This document shows positions 14,720-25,780 of a stretch of 64,000 nt of DNA, in pieces. Location of the stretch: sequence record MK250027.1; one strand, 5' to 3'. The first letter of the stretch is position 1; each line of letters starts with the position of its first letter. The translations under genes and the position numbers were made by a program. The notes under the pieces were generated by a model. That model had not been told where the DNA came from. It ran no database searches and was given only the letters and a program-made list of their open reading frames with translations.

Positions 14720-14761
14720 CTTCTAACATGATGTTTAATTATTTATTCATCATGTTAGAAG
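14720..14761 (+). promoter_or_regulatory. 14-bp hairpin sequestering the endonuclease start codon
   Basis: CTTCTAACATGATG (14720-14733) pairs perfectly with CATCATGTTAGAAG (14748-14761), which contains ATG 14752. Confidence 0.65.
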
Positions 14762-15969
14762 ATATGGGTCTAAGAGAAGTTAATATGGATCAATTAAATG
14801 ATAAATCAATTTTATAGAATGTATTAAAAAATGTAGATATGTCTATACATGTTTGGAATAAACATGATTTTCTTATCAATAATAAAATTAATATAGATTT
14901 ATATAACAATGTATTTTTTAATTTTATCAAAAAATTAAGATTAGATGTTTATAATTTTTTAAAAGATAATTATACGGTAGATACAGTATAGGAATTATAT
15001 AACATGGTTTATGGTAAATCATCTATATGTAAAAAATGTGGTAAAAAATTAGAATTTATAAGATTTAATTAGGGATATAAAGATTGTGATAATTGTTATA
15101 AATTAGAAGCAAATAAATTAGGTACAAAAGACAAAATAATAGATTATATTAATAATACACAAAATACTATACCACTTATATAGTTTATATATAAACATCC
15201 TGTTTTAAAAATAGTTTTTTCAAAATTTCCTAAAATTAATACAGAAGAAGAATTATATTTATTTTTATATAATGATAAACCACATACATGTGAATGTTGC
15301 GGTAATAAAACAAAGTTTGTTAGATTTAGACCATTTCATACATACTCTGTATGGCCATATCATTAGTTTTGTTCAATTGAATGTAGAAATAAATGGTGGG
15401 CATAGAAACAGTGTGAAAATAATACAATATATAGAGCAAATGAAGAAACTTTAAATAGAGTTAAAAATGAGAATAGTATTAGAATGAAATAGAAGATTAA
15501 AGATGGTGAATTTACACCATGTTCAACTAATTCCTGGTGCCATTCTAGATATAAAATAAAATTTATTCAAAATAATAAATTAGTTACAAAATTTTTAAGG
15601 TCTTCATGGGAAGTTATATTTCAATTATTAAATCCTAATTTATTATATGAAAAGTTAAGAGTACAGTATATAGGAAAAGATAATAAATTACATAATTATA
15701 TAGTTGATTTTATAGATATTGATAATAAAATTGTATATGAAGTTAAGCCTGATAGTTGTAAAGAAGTTAGAGATAATATATTAAAAAATAATGCTTTAAT
15801 TAATTGGTGTAAACAAAATAATTATGAAATGCATTATATAGATGAAAATTATTTTTAGAAACATATTTTTAATGTTTCTTTATTAAAATATACAGATAAA
15901 GAATATAAAGATAAATTAGTAAATTTAATTAAAAGATATAAAACATTTAAGGTTGATTATGAAAATTAA
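14752..15969 (+). CDS. Free-standing putative homing endonuclease (Zn-ribbon CxxC motifs + PD-(D/E)xK/TnsA-like nuclease), 405 aa; TAG=Gln
   Basis: Open with TAG=Gln; CKKC, CDNC, CECC, CSIEC motifs; C-terminal RSSWE...YIVDFIDIDNKIVYEVKP; its stop overlaps the IntC start. Confidence 0.75.
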
Positions 15970-16075
15970 GAATATTAGAGTTTTAGAATATAAAGGAGAT
16001 GTATATAATTTGAGAATCAAAAGTGAGAATGAGTAGAATCATAATTATTATGCTAATGATTTATGTATAAGTAAT
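15959..16075 (+). mobile_element. Split intein, C-terminal fragment (39 aa)
   Basis: Own ATG; block F VYNLRI...HNYYAN, block G ending SN followed by Cys+1. Confidence 0.9.
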
Positions 16076-16936
16076 TGTCATCATGTAGGTGCTGCAAAAA
16101 GTTTTAAGGATATTTTACAAAAAACAGAAAATTTAAAATATTCTATAGGTGTAACAGGTACATTTCCTAAAGAAAGTATGTATGAGAATTTATATATACA
16201 ATCTATTATAGGACCTGTAATATATAAGTTAACAGCAAATCAATTAATTAATACAGAGAAAAGAGGAACACCTATATATGCAGTAATTCAATATCTTAAA
16301 TGGGCAGATCAAAAAACAAAGGAAACAATGTATATCTATAGAGCAAATAAAAATCCTATGGATATAGGCGCAGGTAGTAAGGTTCTGAAGATCGAAAGGA
16401 AAACGGTTAATGAATCATATACAAGATTAAAGTATATTTGTGATCAAGTTATCAAGACAAAGAAAAATGCTTTGGTACTATTTGGCGATATTAAATATGG
16501 ATATGGTAGAAAAGTATATGATTATATAAAAGATAATTCAGATAAAAATGTTTATTATACAGATGGAAATACACCAAATAAAACAAGAGATTATTATAAA
16601 GCAGAAATGGAAAAAGATACTTCTGGAAATACAGTGATAGTGGCGTCTATCAATACATTTGGTGAAGGTATCGATATTAAAAATCTTTGGTCTATTTTTT
16701 TGGTTGATACAGCGAAGTCTGAAAGATTAGTAAGACAAATATGTGGTCGTGGAATTCGTTTGTATCCAGGAAAAGATAAAGTTGTTATTTTTGATTTCGT
16801 AGATGATTTGAGATATTCTGCAGATCCTAATAAGAGATATAAAGATAATTATTTATGGAAACATGGTCAAGAGAGAAAGAAAATTTATCTTGAACAACAT
16901 TTCCCTGTATATGAGCAGAAGATAGATTTTAAATAA
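15959..16936 (+). CDS. uvsW: C-intein fused to the C-terminal half of the UvsW-like helicase; one TAG=Gln
   Basis: MKIKNIRVLEYKGDVYNLRIKSENEQNHNYYANDLCISN|CHHVG... restores motif II as DE+CHH; later GVTGT (III), TFGEGIDIKNL (V), QICGRGIR (VI). Confidence 0.85.
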
Positions 16937-16993
16937 TTTAAGAAATTATCGTTTAAAGAATAAATAATTAAACGATAATTTTAAATTTTTATT

Positions 16994-18475
16994 ATGTTGT
17001 TAAGTGAAGTCTTATATATAGCAAAAAATATAAATAAATATAAATCTCTTAATGAATCACTTAAGTCTAATATATTATCTGATATATTTCATAAGTTTGA
17101 TTATTCTAATATAACTATTGAACCTGTTAATAAAAACTATTATATAGGTTATACTGATAAGGGCGTTTCATTTTTTGATGTCAAATTTGAATATCAAAGG
17201 TTAGCAGAAAGAAATTAGTTAACACAAGATATGTGTGATACAGTGGAAGGAAGATAGAAAATTATTAATTGTGATTATAAAAAGAAAAAACGTAAGAAAT
17301 TATGGAATGGAACTTATGAAGATAATGGAATAATATATATGATTATGGAAGCTATCAAAAATAAGTCAACACATAAAATCGGTTTATCTGATATAACAGA
17401 TTCAGAATTAATAACTATATCACCAATAGACGCAAAGAAAAAAATATATAAAACTGGATTACAATTTTGGGTTGATTATGATAATAATCTTAGAGCTGTA
17501 GTAATAGATAACACAATAATATTATATATTTAGCAATTAAATCAATATAATTCATGGTTGAAACCAAATCCAGATTATCACGAGAAAACAGATTTCTCTA
17601 CATTTGCTGATAATAGGAATGATGAGTATTTAGAAAATTTTATAAATAAAGCATTTATTAAAATACCAGTTTATAATATATTAACATCTAATGTAGAATT
17701 AAAGAAAGAATTAGGTGCAAATAATGTTAAATCATTATAGAATGTTCCAGGAATATCAAAAGTATATGTGGTAAATACAGAAGGTATGGAAAATTCCAAT
17801 ATAGAGGAAAAACTAAAAACAAGAAGAGATTATAAAATATTTTTAGAGAGTCAAATAGATCTTAATAAGAAAAATATTGAAAGATATTAGAATGAATTAA
17901 AAATTAGGCGTTCGCAAGGTGTTGATTCTAAAATTATAAATAAGATTTATGATTTCCTTGATGTTTGTATGGATACAACAATAGAATTATAGAATTTAGA
18001 TAATGATGTATTGACAAATAAATCCGCCGATGATTTTATAGGAGATACCTATTGGCATTCTGCACCATTAGATTATGTATATTCATCTGCTTTAAAACGA
18101 ATATATCCAGATAGAAGTTTTTTTGATTCAAAAGTAAGAAATATGTATGGTAGAGGAACACATATGGAAACTAATTGGTCTTTTAATTCTATAGGAGATT
18201 GCTTGGTTGTGGCTAATTTAAAAGTTGAAAAATGTATAGAATATTCATAGTCTATAATTGATAGATATGACAAATATAATAATATAAAGAATAAAGCTGA
18301 TATTTCTTAGGATGAAATATTATATGAGTTGAATATATTAAAATCAAAGTATAAAGAATTAGAAGATTTTCTATCTTATAACTCATCTGTATATAATGAA
18401 ATAAGAAGGCAATTAGATAAAGCTAATATAGATCTTGATAAGATAATGACAAAAATAGATAATTTTCAATTTTAA
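16994..18475 (+). CDS. Hypothetical late protein, 493 aa, N-terminal LNES motif; TAG=Gln
   Basis: Track ORFs 16994, 17339, 17558 and 18011 are in one frame separated only by TAG; TAA at 18473-18475. Confidence 0.75.
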
Positions 18476-18511
18476 TATAATAAAGGGATAAGAAATAAAT
18501 CTTACCCCTTT

Positions 18512-18727
18512 TTATTTTTTATAAACAATTAAAGGTAATTGTTGAATACCGTTGAATGAATGTTGTACAGGAGGTTTTGAATAAATTTTCTTATTCTTAT
18601 TTTTTGATTTCTTTCCTATACCACCATTAAATCTATCACCAGAACCAAAAGTTCTCATACCAGCAGGAACTGGATCACCTATTCCTATTGTATTCATAGG
18701 CGTATTATAAACTACTCCTTCACACAT
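18512..18727 (-). CDS. Small hypothetical protein (71 aa)
   Basis: ORF starts 2 nt after the stop of the upstream minus-strand gene. Confidence 0.55.
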   Translation of the reverse strand: MCEGVVYNTPMNTIGIGDPVPAGMRTFGSGDRFNGGIGKKSKNKNKKIYSKPPVQHSFNGIQQLPLIVYKK

Positions 18728-18729
18728 AA

Positions 18730-19485
18730 TTATCTTAAACCATTGTTATTTTTAGGTAATGAAACTCCTATACCATTGGGTGCTCTTCGAGATAAAGACT
18801 ATAAAGCATTTATCTTATGTTTAACTGAAATACCAGGATGCTACTTACTTTCATATTTAGGATTATCTAAATCTAAGTATTCACTGTTTCCATCCTTATA
18901 TGGATCATATTCCTTAGATATTAATTCTCTTTCACCATTAGCATTTCTTATATATACATCATAATAGTTATAAACAAAAGACCATGTAAATGTATTGAAT
19001 GTACCCATTCTGGCTGCATAAGACATAGATAAATCTCCTATACTTGTTGGTGTTAACTATTGATAACAATAACTAACAGTTTCAAATCCACCATCATCCA
19101 ATAAGGAAACAGTTATATTAGGTAGATATAAAGGTGTTAACTATCCTAACCTTAAATATAAATCATATTGATGTCTAGCGACAAAATAACTAATATAACT
19201 TTCTGCAGTTTTAACAGTCAATGTTAATGTTTTCTCTAATAACATGTCTTCCTATTTTCCTGGACGTTTCTATATTTTATATTCTCTTCCTTGCTATATA
19301 ACAGAACCTGAATTTAAGCCTGGAAAATTAATTGATGCAATCTAAGCGTTAAAGAAATCTTCCAATGTTACATAAGGTAAATACATCCTATTTAATATTG
19401 GCATCCACTTTTCTGTAACATCTGGATAAAACCAATTGAAATCCAATGCTATTACGAAATTTTGATCTAGATTATTTAATAACAT
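18730..19485 (-). CDS. Tail tube / tube-initiator-like protein (gp19/gp54-like), 251 aa; TAG=Gln
   Basis: ATG 19485 in frame with track ORF 18841-19026; LTPTSIGDLSMSYAARMGTFNTFTWSFVYNYYDV resembles the C-terminal tube-fold pattern. Confidence 0.5.
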
Positions 19486-19553
19486 TTTTAATTAAACTAT
19501 ATGATTGTTTGTATATTTATTGAAGATTATTTTTTATTTTCAAATATTTTATG

Positions 19554-19561
19554 TATCTTTG
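19554..19561 (+). promoter_or_regulatory. Bacteroidota sigma-A -7 element (TATCTTTG), early promoter
   Basis: Matches TAnnTTTG; the same TGTATCTTTG recurs at 21106, 24493, 43739, 48159, 50608, 54465 and 55041, always just upstream of a gene start. Confidence 0.8.
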
Positions 19562-19602
19562 TGTTGTTAATACAAATAATAAACAATTTAAAATATAAAA
19601 TA

Positions 19603-19791
19603 ATGAGTGATATTACATTATATAAAGTAAAAACAGATAGAGGTTTTTTCATAGTGAATGCAATTGATGAAGTAGAGGCACGTTCACTTATGGAGAAGAA
19701 CGGTGAATATGTTCATACATGTGACAAAATCATAATTAAAGAAAATGATATTATACCATATAATTTATTTGATTCATGTATTAAATATTAA
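19603..19791 (+). CDS. Small early hypothetical protein
   Basis: ORF MSDITLYKVKT... downstream of the promoter. Confidence 0.65.
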   Translation: MSDITLYKVKTDRGFFIVNAIDEVEARSLMEKNGEYVHTCDKIIIKENDIIPYNLFDSCIKY

Positions 19792-19801
19792 ATTATGTGT
19801 T

Positions 19802-19981
19802 ATGAGTAAAAAGAAAACGTATTCAGAGAAAGTAAAAGATTTATGTGATAAATTTTGGAATGATTATCAAGTTACATGTGATATAGAATTTGTTGATAGA
19901 ACAATAAAATATTATATTGGAAGATTTAAAGCTATCGCAAGGTCTGCAGATAAAGAAATAGAAAAGTTATCTCAAAAATAA
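19802..19981 (+). CDS. Small hypothetical protein
   Basis: ORF MSKKKTYSEK... Confidence 0.6.
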   Translation: MSKKKTYSEKVKDLCDKFWNDYQVTCDIEFVDRTIKYYIGRFKAIARSADKEIEKLSQK

Positions 19982-20081
19982 AACTTTTTATATATTTAAT
20001 GTATAATACAAATATAATAGTTAACTGAGTTAATAATCCTCTAATAAAATTAACTTAATTAATAAAGAAAGGAATATTACT

Positions 20082-20927
20082 ATGGGTAAGCAAAAAAGAA
20101 GTGAAAATACGTATCAGAAGATTAACACAATCTTTAAGAGAGATGCGAATAATGTAATTATGCCTTATGATGAGTTTGCACTTCCCGAATTGGAATGGAT
20201 GCGAAATTGTAAGTTTGATGCAGAATCTAAAATCGATGGTACTAATACTCGTATTGAGGTAACTCGTGAATTTATTACATCTGATATTGGTAATAATGAA
20301 GGTATTAGATGGAGTGTTGCATATAAGGGAAAGACTGATAATGCACAAATTCCAAAGATGTTGTATACTTATCTTACTACTGTTCTTACAGAAGATAAAG
20401 TTCTTAATTCACTAGGACTTACAAAAGAGATGTATGTCAATGATGAGTTGATGAAAGAAAAAGGGTGGTCTGTATTGAATGAACAGTTTAATGTATATGA
20501 ATTGGATGAAACAAAGATTCCTAAGAGATATACATTGTATGGTGAAGGTTACGGAAATGGAATACAGTCTGGTGGATACTACAGACAAGATAATTCTTTT
20601 ATCGGATTTGATGTAAAAGTTGATGATATGTATCTCCTTCGAGAAAATCGTGATGAGATCTTTAATAAATTAGGTGTTGATATTGTTCCATTTGTAGGAC
20701 AACTTACTATTGACGAAGCAATTGAAATGGTAAAGAAAGGATTTAGATCTAAAATTGCAAAAGATGATCATCTTGAAGAAGGATTGGTTCTTCGTACACC
20801 TATGGGTTTGAAGAATCGTAGAGGTGAAAGAATTATATTTAAAATTAAAACATGTGATTTCCAGAAATATTTTTCAAAGTATGGAACATATGATAAGGTA
20901 GATCAACCAAAGAATGAAAACTTTTAA
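20082..20927 (+). CDS. RNA ligase (Rnl2-like nucleotidyltransferase)
   Basis: Motifs I ESKIDGTN, III LYGEGYG, IIIa FIGFDVK, IV EEGLVLR, V IFKIK. Confidence 0.85.
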   Translation: MGKQKRSENTYQKINTIFKRDANNVIMPYDEFALPELEWMRNCKFDAESKIDGTNTRIEVTREFITSDIGNNEGIRWSVAYKGKTDNAQIPKMLYTYLTTVLTEDKVLNSLGLTKEMYVNDELMKEKGWSVLNEQFNVYELDETKIPKRYTLYGEGYGNGIQSGGYYRQDNSFIGFDVKVDDMYLLRENRDEIFNKLGVDIVPFVGQLTIDEAIEMVKKGFRSKIAKDDHLEEGLVLRTPMGLKNRRGERIIFKIKTCDFQKYFSKYGTYDKVDQPKNENF

Positions 20928-20930
20928 TAT

Positions 20931-21068
20931 ATGATAGAAATTATTGAAATATGGTTTCCTATTATTGCATTTATTGCATGTTCATATTTAATATATATGG
21001 ATAGAAAACATTTTAAGAAAGTTGAAAAAGAATTAGATAAAATAGAAAAAGATATTCATCATGAATAA
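20931..21068 (+). CDS. Small membrane protein (45 aa)
   Basis: MIEIIEIWFPIIAFIACSYLIYMDRK..., one hydrophobic helix; below the track cutoff. Confidence 0.5.
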   Translation: MIEIIEIWFPIIAFIACSYLIYMDRKHFKKVEKELDKIEKDIHHE

Positions 21069-21105
21069 TTTTTTGATTTTATTTTTTTGTTTGAAATAAA
21101 ATATG

Positions 21106-21113
21106 TATCTTTG
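21106..21113 (+). promoter_or_regulatory. Bacteroidota -7 promoter element
   Basis: TATCTTTG with TTTG upstream. Confidence 0.75.
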
Positions 21114-21160
21114 TATTGTTAATAAAAATAATATTAATTAATTTTTAAATAATAAAAAAT

Positions 21161-21631
21161 ATGATTACACGTAAGGAACTTGTTGCTAAGTACAAGATTG
21201 CAGTTAAGCGAGTAAATGAGTTGGAGAACAAGAAGTATGAGTATAAGACTAATCGACCATGTGCTCCATTTGGTAATGTGAAGAATATGAATATTCCTGA
21301 CATTATTAGAGCTGGCGCAAATGTGCATGATAGTGATGCTAATGTAACAGAGCGTATTAAGCAGTATGGTATTCTTCCAGAGGATTTGAAGAATGCAAAT
21401 GATCATTTGTATGAGGGATTTGCAATTTCTACATGGGACCACGATTTTAAACTTCGTGTAGAGCAAATTCACGATGAGAAGAAGTTGAAGACATATAAGG
21501 AAGTAATGAATAAGTTGTCTGCTAACTTTACTGATGAGGATCGCTTCATGATTGAGATGGGTGAGATTGATGCACTTGACATCGATTTGGATGATGATGC
21601 ACCATCAGATGAAGTAAAGTCTGAAGAGTAA
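21161..21631 (+). CDS. Early hypothetical protein with acidic tail
   Basis: 156-aa ORF with strongly biased AAG/GAG codon use. Confidence 0.8.
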   Translation: MITRKELVAKYKIAVKRVNELENKKYEYKTNRPCAPFGNVKNMNIPDIIRAGANVHDSDANVTERIKQYGILPEDLKNANDHLYEGFAISTWDHDFKLRVEQIHDEKKLKTYKEVMNKLSANFTDEDRFMIEMGEIDALDIDLDDDAPSDEVKSEE

Positions 21632-21725
21632 TATTTGTTACTTAAACAAATATATGTATGGTTAATACTTAACCCAATGTGGTTGGGTATTAACCATTTT
21701 TCATTTTTAATTAAATTAAACTAAT

Positions 21726-22025
21726 ATGGATGAATTTTTAAAACAACTCATATCTAAATATAAACCAAAGTTTTCTCGTGATAAACTTTTTGGTGGATAT
21801 GATATTGATGTATATGATAGAGATCAGATAAAGCACGAAACAATTAATTATTTAAATGAACATTTTCAAAATCCTGATATAAAAAGTGAAGAGTATCATG
21901 ATTATTATAAGAAAATGTTAATAATTAAAGAGTTCGCAGAAACATTTGAAACATATTTTGCAAATTTAAGTTTTAGATTACCAGTACCATCAGGTACAGA
22001 AGTTTATTGTTCACAACGAGATTAA
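21726..22025 (+). CDS. Hypothetical protein
   Basis: ORF, tight operon packing. Confidence 0.7.
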   Translation: MDEFLKQLISKYKPKFSRDKLFGGYDIDVYDRDQIKHETINYLNEHFQNPDIKSEEYHDYYKKMLIIKEFAETFETYFANLSFRLPVPSGTEVYCSQRD

Positions 22026-22028
22026 TAT

Positions 22029-22427
22029 ATGAATAGTTTTATTAAGTTAGATAATGGAATAGTTCTTAATATTTCACAAATAGAAACATTCGGACCAATT
22101 TGGCCATTTGACTTACTAGAGTTCGATGATTCACAACCTATAGGTGATAATATTGGCGATTCTGTTAAACGTTTATTTCAAGATAAAGAACATAATAATA
22201 TTGCAAAAGAAATGGTTAGAACTTCATTTGCTACACCATTAAATTGCAATGATAATATGAGAAAATACGGTGAAGGCAAAATACTTAATTATACGGTTCT
22301 CTTAAAATCTGGTCATAAGTTTTTTATTACTGAAGCAGAATATAATAATATTTTGGAAGTTATGAATTTATCTGCAAATAATGTATATTCTAATGTAGAT
22401 AAAAAGTATACTAAATTTGATTTTTAA
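22029..22427 (+). CDS. Hypothetical protein
   Basis: ORF, tight operon packing. Confidence 0.7.
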   Translation: MNSFIKLDNGIVLNISQIETFGPIWPFDLLEFDDSQPIGDNIGDSVKRLFQDKEHNNIAKEMVRTSFATPLNCNDNMRKYGEGKILNYTVLLKSGHKFFITEAEYNNILEVMNLSANNVYSNVDKKYTKFDF

Positions 22428-22429
22428 TT

Positions 22430-23044
22430 ATGAATTTTGAATACGAAACAACATGTTATAAATTTACAGACAATGATACATATGTCTCTATTGATGATAT
22501 ATTGGATGAGATTGATAAGCATGCTATAAAAATAGGTTGTAGTACTAATAGACCAAAATCCGCAAATGAAATTATAAATGATAATTTGAAACAATGGAAT
22601 AATTTTGAGCCTTATTCAAATACATTTAGAAAGAAACATATTTGTTGGTTTCCTGTATATATACAAATTGGTTTAGATAAAGATCTTGCTGATTATTTTG
22701 TATTGAAAGATATTAGTAATGATTATCATAGAGCAATTTATTATAAGATTTCGGGTGAATATGCGTTTACATTGTGTTATGATGGTTATATATATAAGAG
22801 AGAATCGTTCTCAGATTATTGTGATTATCTTCCATGTTATGTATTACCGTGTACAGCAAAAGATGTATTAGCACATAATTCATGTTGTAAGTTAAAAGAT
22901 ACTGCATTATTGCTGAAGGAAATTTGGGAAGATGTAAAAAAGAACTATTCTGATGCAATTGAGCAAAACATATGGTTTGAAAATGGTTATTACTACCATA
23001 CAGAACATTATATAAAAAATAAGTTTATTCATTTTGATTTTTAA
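22430..23044 (+). CDS. Hypothetical protein
   Basis: ORF, tight operon packing. Confidence 0.7.
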   Translation: MNFEYETTCYKFTDNDTYVSIDDILDEIDKHAIKIGCSTNRPKSANEIINDNLKQWNNFEPYSNTFRKKHICWFPVYIQIGLDKDLADYFVLKDISNDYHRAIYYKISGEYAFTLCYDGYIYKRESFSDYCDYLPCYVLPCTAKDVLAHNSCCKLKDTALLLKEIWEDVKKNYSDAIEQNIWFENGYYYHTEHYIKNKFIHFDF

Positions 23045-23052
23045 TTTATTAT

Positions 23053-24435
23053 ATGTCAAAACAATACGATAAATTTAATTTGGAAGTTGAACAAGATCCA
23101 CTTGTTCAACTTCATAAAACTGATTATAATAATTATAGTGATTTGTCACATTTTGTAGATGAATACTATAAAGCGCAAGCACTTATAAAGGAATGTGGTA
23201 ATTTTTATAAATCTTTTCTTTTAAGTAAACTTTTAACCTATTCTAAACTTACAAATACTTCATACAAAGAAAATGAATATAATTTCTTTAATATTCATAT
23301 AACAGGAATACCATATAAAGCTGAAACATATTGTCTATATGATATGTTTGATGATTTGGATAATAATTATAAAGGGTATTATAATTATAAGTCATTGAAG
23401 GGATATGAAAAACTTGCATATTCACGTGCAGTATTTAAGTTTAAGGAATTTTGTGATAATTCTAAAGATAAGTTATTTACTATAAGAATTGAATGTAACA
23501 GAACTTCATATTTTCCAGGAGATAAAGATAAAGAAACAAATTATTATTTTACATTTAATGATTATATTTTTAAATCATGTATGTGTGAACATTATATTTC
23601 ATCATATAGTTCTATAACATATAATAATAAGTATGATGATGTAAATAATAAAGATCTTCAATCTAAATTAAAAAAACTGGTTGATAAAGAAAAGAAATCT
23701 TTATATGATTATATGAAAGAACTTGATTTTTTATATAAAAAAGAATTTGATACATTCTATAAAGATGAATTAAAAAAATTATTTAAAACTATAAATGTTC
23801 CTATTATTTATATAAATATCGATAATGATTTAAAGGATTGTGCATATTCGTCATATAATTCATATAAGAAAAAAGTTAAATCAAAAGATATAGATAAAGA
23901 TATTAAAGAACTTACAGAAAAGTATAATAATGATGGTGAGCGAACATCATTATATTTAAGTGAAATATTATCTGATGATGAAATTGATAATATGTTTGAT
24001 TCTTTTGAATATAAAGGTTGGTATAGTATGTATGATTGGATCCTGAAATATATTAATGATAATTATTATAATAAGATTATTGAACTTGTAAAACGTAATA
24101 TTGCAGATTCTACATATGCATATAGAACTATTATAAGAACATGTTCAGAATATAATAATAATCAAAAATTATATATTATAGGTAAACATAATGAATCACA
24201 TTATTTTTGTAATCAAAATGATGTAGATAAAATTAAAATAGAACTTATAGAAAGAGAATTAGTATGTACATATATAAAAGTTAATAAACATCTTAAATAC
24301 AGTTGGCCTTCGAATGCACCAACTGTTGTAAATGAATTGACGCGAACAGTTAAGTTTAATGTAGATACAAATTCTGTAAGTTCTTTTAAAGAATCAACAG
24401 ATACATATGAAATAGCAAATAAAGATAGATATTAA
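23053..24435 (+). CDS. Hypothetical protein (460 aa)
   Basis: Long TAG-free ORF. Confidence 0.8.
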   Translation: MSKQYDKFNLEVEQDPLVQLHKTDYNNYSDLSHFVDEYYKAQALIKECGNFYKSFLLSKLLTYSKLTNTSYKENEYNFFNIHITGIPYKAETYCLYDMFDDLDNNYKGYYNYKSLKGYEKLAYSRAVFKFKEFCDNSKDKLFTIRIECNRTSYFPGDKDKETNYYFTFNDYIFKSCMCEHYISSYSSITYNNKYDDVNNKDLQSKLKKLVDKEKKSLYDYMKELDFLYKKEFDTFYKDELKKLFKTINVPIIYINIDNDLKDCAYSSYNSYKKKVKSKDIDKDIKELTEKYNNDGERTSLYLSEILSDDEIDNMFDSFEYKGWYSMYDWILKYINDNYYNKIIELVKRNIADSTYAYRTIIRTCSEYNNNQKLYIIGKHNESHYFCNQNDVDKIKIELIERELVCTYIKVNKHLKYSWPSNAPTVVNELTRTVKFNVDTNSVSSFKESTDTYEIANKDRY

Positions 24436-24492
24436 AATTAATCTGTTACCTAAGTTTTAGGTAACAGATTTTTTTATTTAAAATATTTGATG

Positions 24493-24500
24493 TATCTTTG
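24493..24500 (+). promoter_or_regulatory. Bacteroidota -7 promoter element
   Basis: TATCTTTG. Confidence 0.75.
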
Positions 24501-24539
24501 TAATATAATAAATAAGTTAGATAATTAAAAAATAAAATT

Positions 24540-24746
24540 ATGATTAAATATATTTTTGCGTTTGTAATGTTCCTTATGGTATTTGGAATTATCTGTTTGC
24601 CATTTTATGTAATTTATCAAGGATTCGTATTGGTTGCATCTGGTTCACTATGGGGAATTCTTTCTGTTGCCGTAGGATTGATTATACTTAGGTTGTTTAA
24701 ACCTATTTCAAATTTGTATGAAAATAAAGATTTTAAAATATTTTAA
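24540..24746 (+). CDS. Small membrane protein (2 TM)
   Basis: Two hydrophobic stretches. Confidence 0.7.
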   Translation: MIKYIFAFVMFLMVFGIICLPFYVIYQGFVLVASGSLWGILSVAVGLIILRLFKPISNLYENKDFKIF

Positions 24747-24749
24747 CAT

Positions 24750-25169
24750 ATGGTTTACATTGATATTAAAACAGTTTCATATAATGAACTTAAGAATTTG
24801 ATTAATTCAGAAGCATTTATGTTTGATAATGAAAATGATTCAAATGTAAATCTTACTAAATTGATTCAACCGATGTTTATTAAAATTATGTGCAGAGATA
24901 CATTACGTATTAACGCATATAAGGATAATATTGGTAAAGTTCATATTATGAATGGAGAGAATGAATTTTCAGCTATTAATGAATTGATAAGCGGAAATAT
25001 TTGTATTACAGATTTTCCTGAATCATTTAAGCAGTTCAATAATCTTCCATATAATGAATGGCATTCATATAATAAGAAACAAATAGAGATTACACCTGTA
25101 TTTGAACTTCATATTTTGGAATGTCCTAATGAAGATGAAAAACAGTTTTATTTAAATATGATTAAATAA
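24750..25169 (+). CDS. Hypothetical protein
   Basis: ORF. Confidence 0.7.
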   Translation: MVYIDIKTVSYNELKNLINSEAFMFDNENDSNVNLTKLIQPMFIKIMCRDTLRINAYKDNIGKVHIMNGENEFSAINELISGNICITDFPESFKQFNNLPYNEWHSYNKKQIEITPVFELHILECPNEDEKQFYLNMIK

Positions 25170-25231
25170 ACATTTTTATTGTTCTTCATTATAAATAGTT
25201 GTGAAAGATTAAAATAAAATAATTAATAACT

Positions 25232-25780
25232 ATGGACGATCAGAAACAATATATACAGGATGATAATGAGAATGTATATAAGGTTATGCCAACTCATTAT
25301 CTTAAATTATCTCCATGGAATGATGGTGAGGATCGTCGTGTAATGGAGAAAGATATAAATGGATATAAGTATATATCATATAAAAACGCATGTATGATTA
25401 TTAATAATCAATTTGCGAATAAGACAGAAAAATGGACACATAATGGTAAGGAGTACATTGCATCAAAAATAAATGAAGATAAATCTGTAGATGAATATAC
25501 AGCTTTAATCAGTATGTTACCAAACCATAAAGCTATCCTTCATGATAGCAAGAATCTCATGAAACATTTTAAAGATGAAATGTCTCTTACAATTACATCT
25601 GAGGATAATAGTACAGAATTGAAAATGGTTAAACATAAGGGAAAGATTTATTATATTCTTCTTTTAAATAAACCATGTTCTCGAGTAAAAGCATATAATC
25701 TTTTTGGAGAATTTGTTCAATGGGTAGGAATTAAAGATTGCAAACCTATTTTTTGTGAAACAACTAAAAAATATATTTAA
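25232..25780 (+). CDS. Hypothetical protein
   Basis: ORF. Confidence 0.7.
   Translation: MDDQKQYIQDDNENVYKVMPTHYLKLSPWNDGEDRRVMEKDINGYKYISYKNACMIINNQFANKTEKWTHNGKEYIASKINEDKSVDEYTALISMLPNHKAILHDSKNLMKHFKDEMSLTITSEDNSTELKMVKHKGKIYYILLLNKPCSRVKAYNLFGEFVQWVGIKDCKPIFCETTKKYI

Noticed and set aside
15272-15454. Track ORF 15272-15454
   Set aside because: Out-of-frame overlap with the recoded endonuclease gene
14422-16075. A single contiguous intein with an internal endonuclease (via TGA read-through)
   Set aside because: IntN and the nuclease are in frame but separated by TGA, and IntC is in a different frame with its own ATG; this would need both read-through and a frameshift. TGA serves as a normal stop elsewhere (e.g. 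41180)
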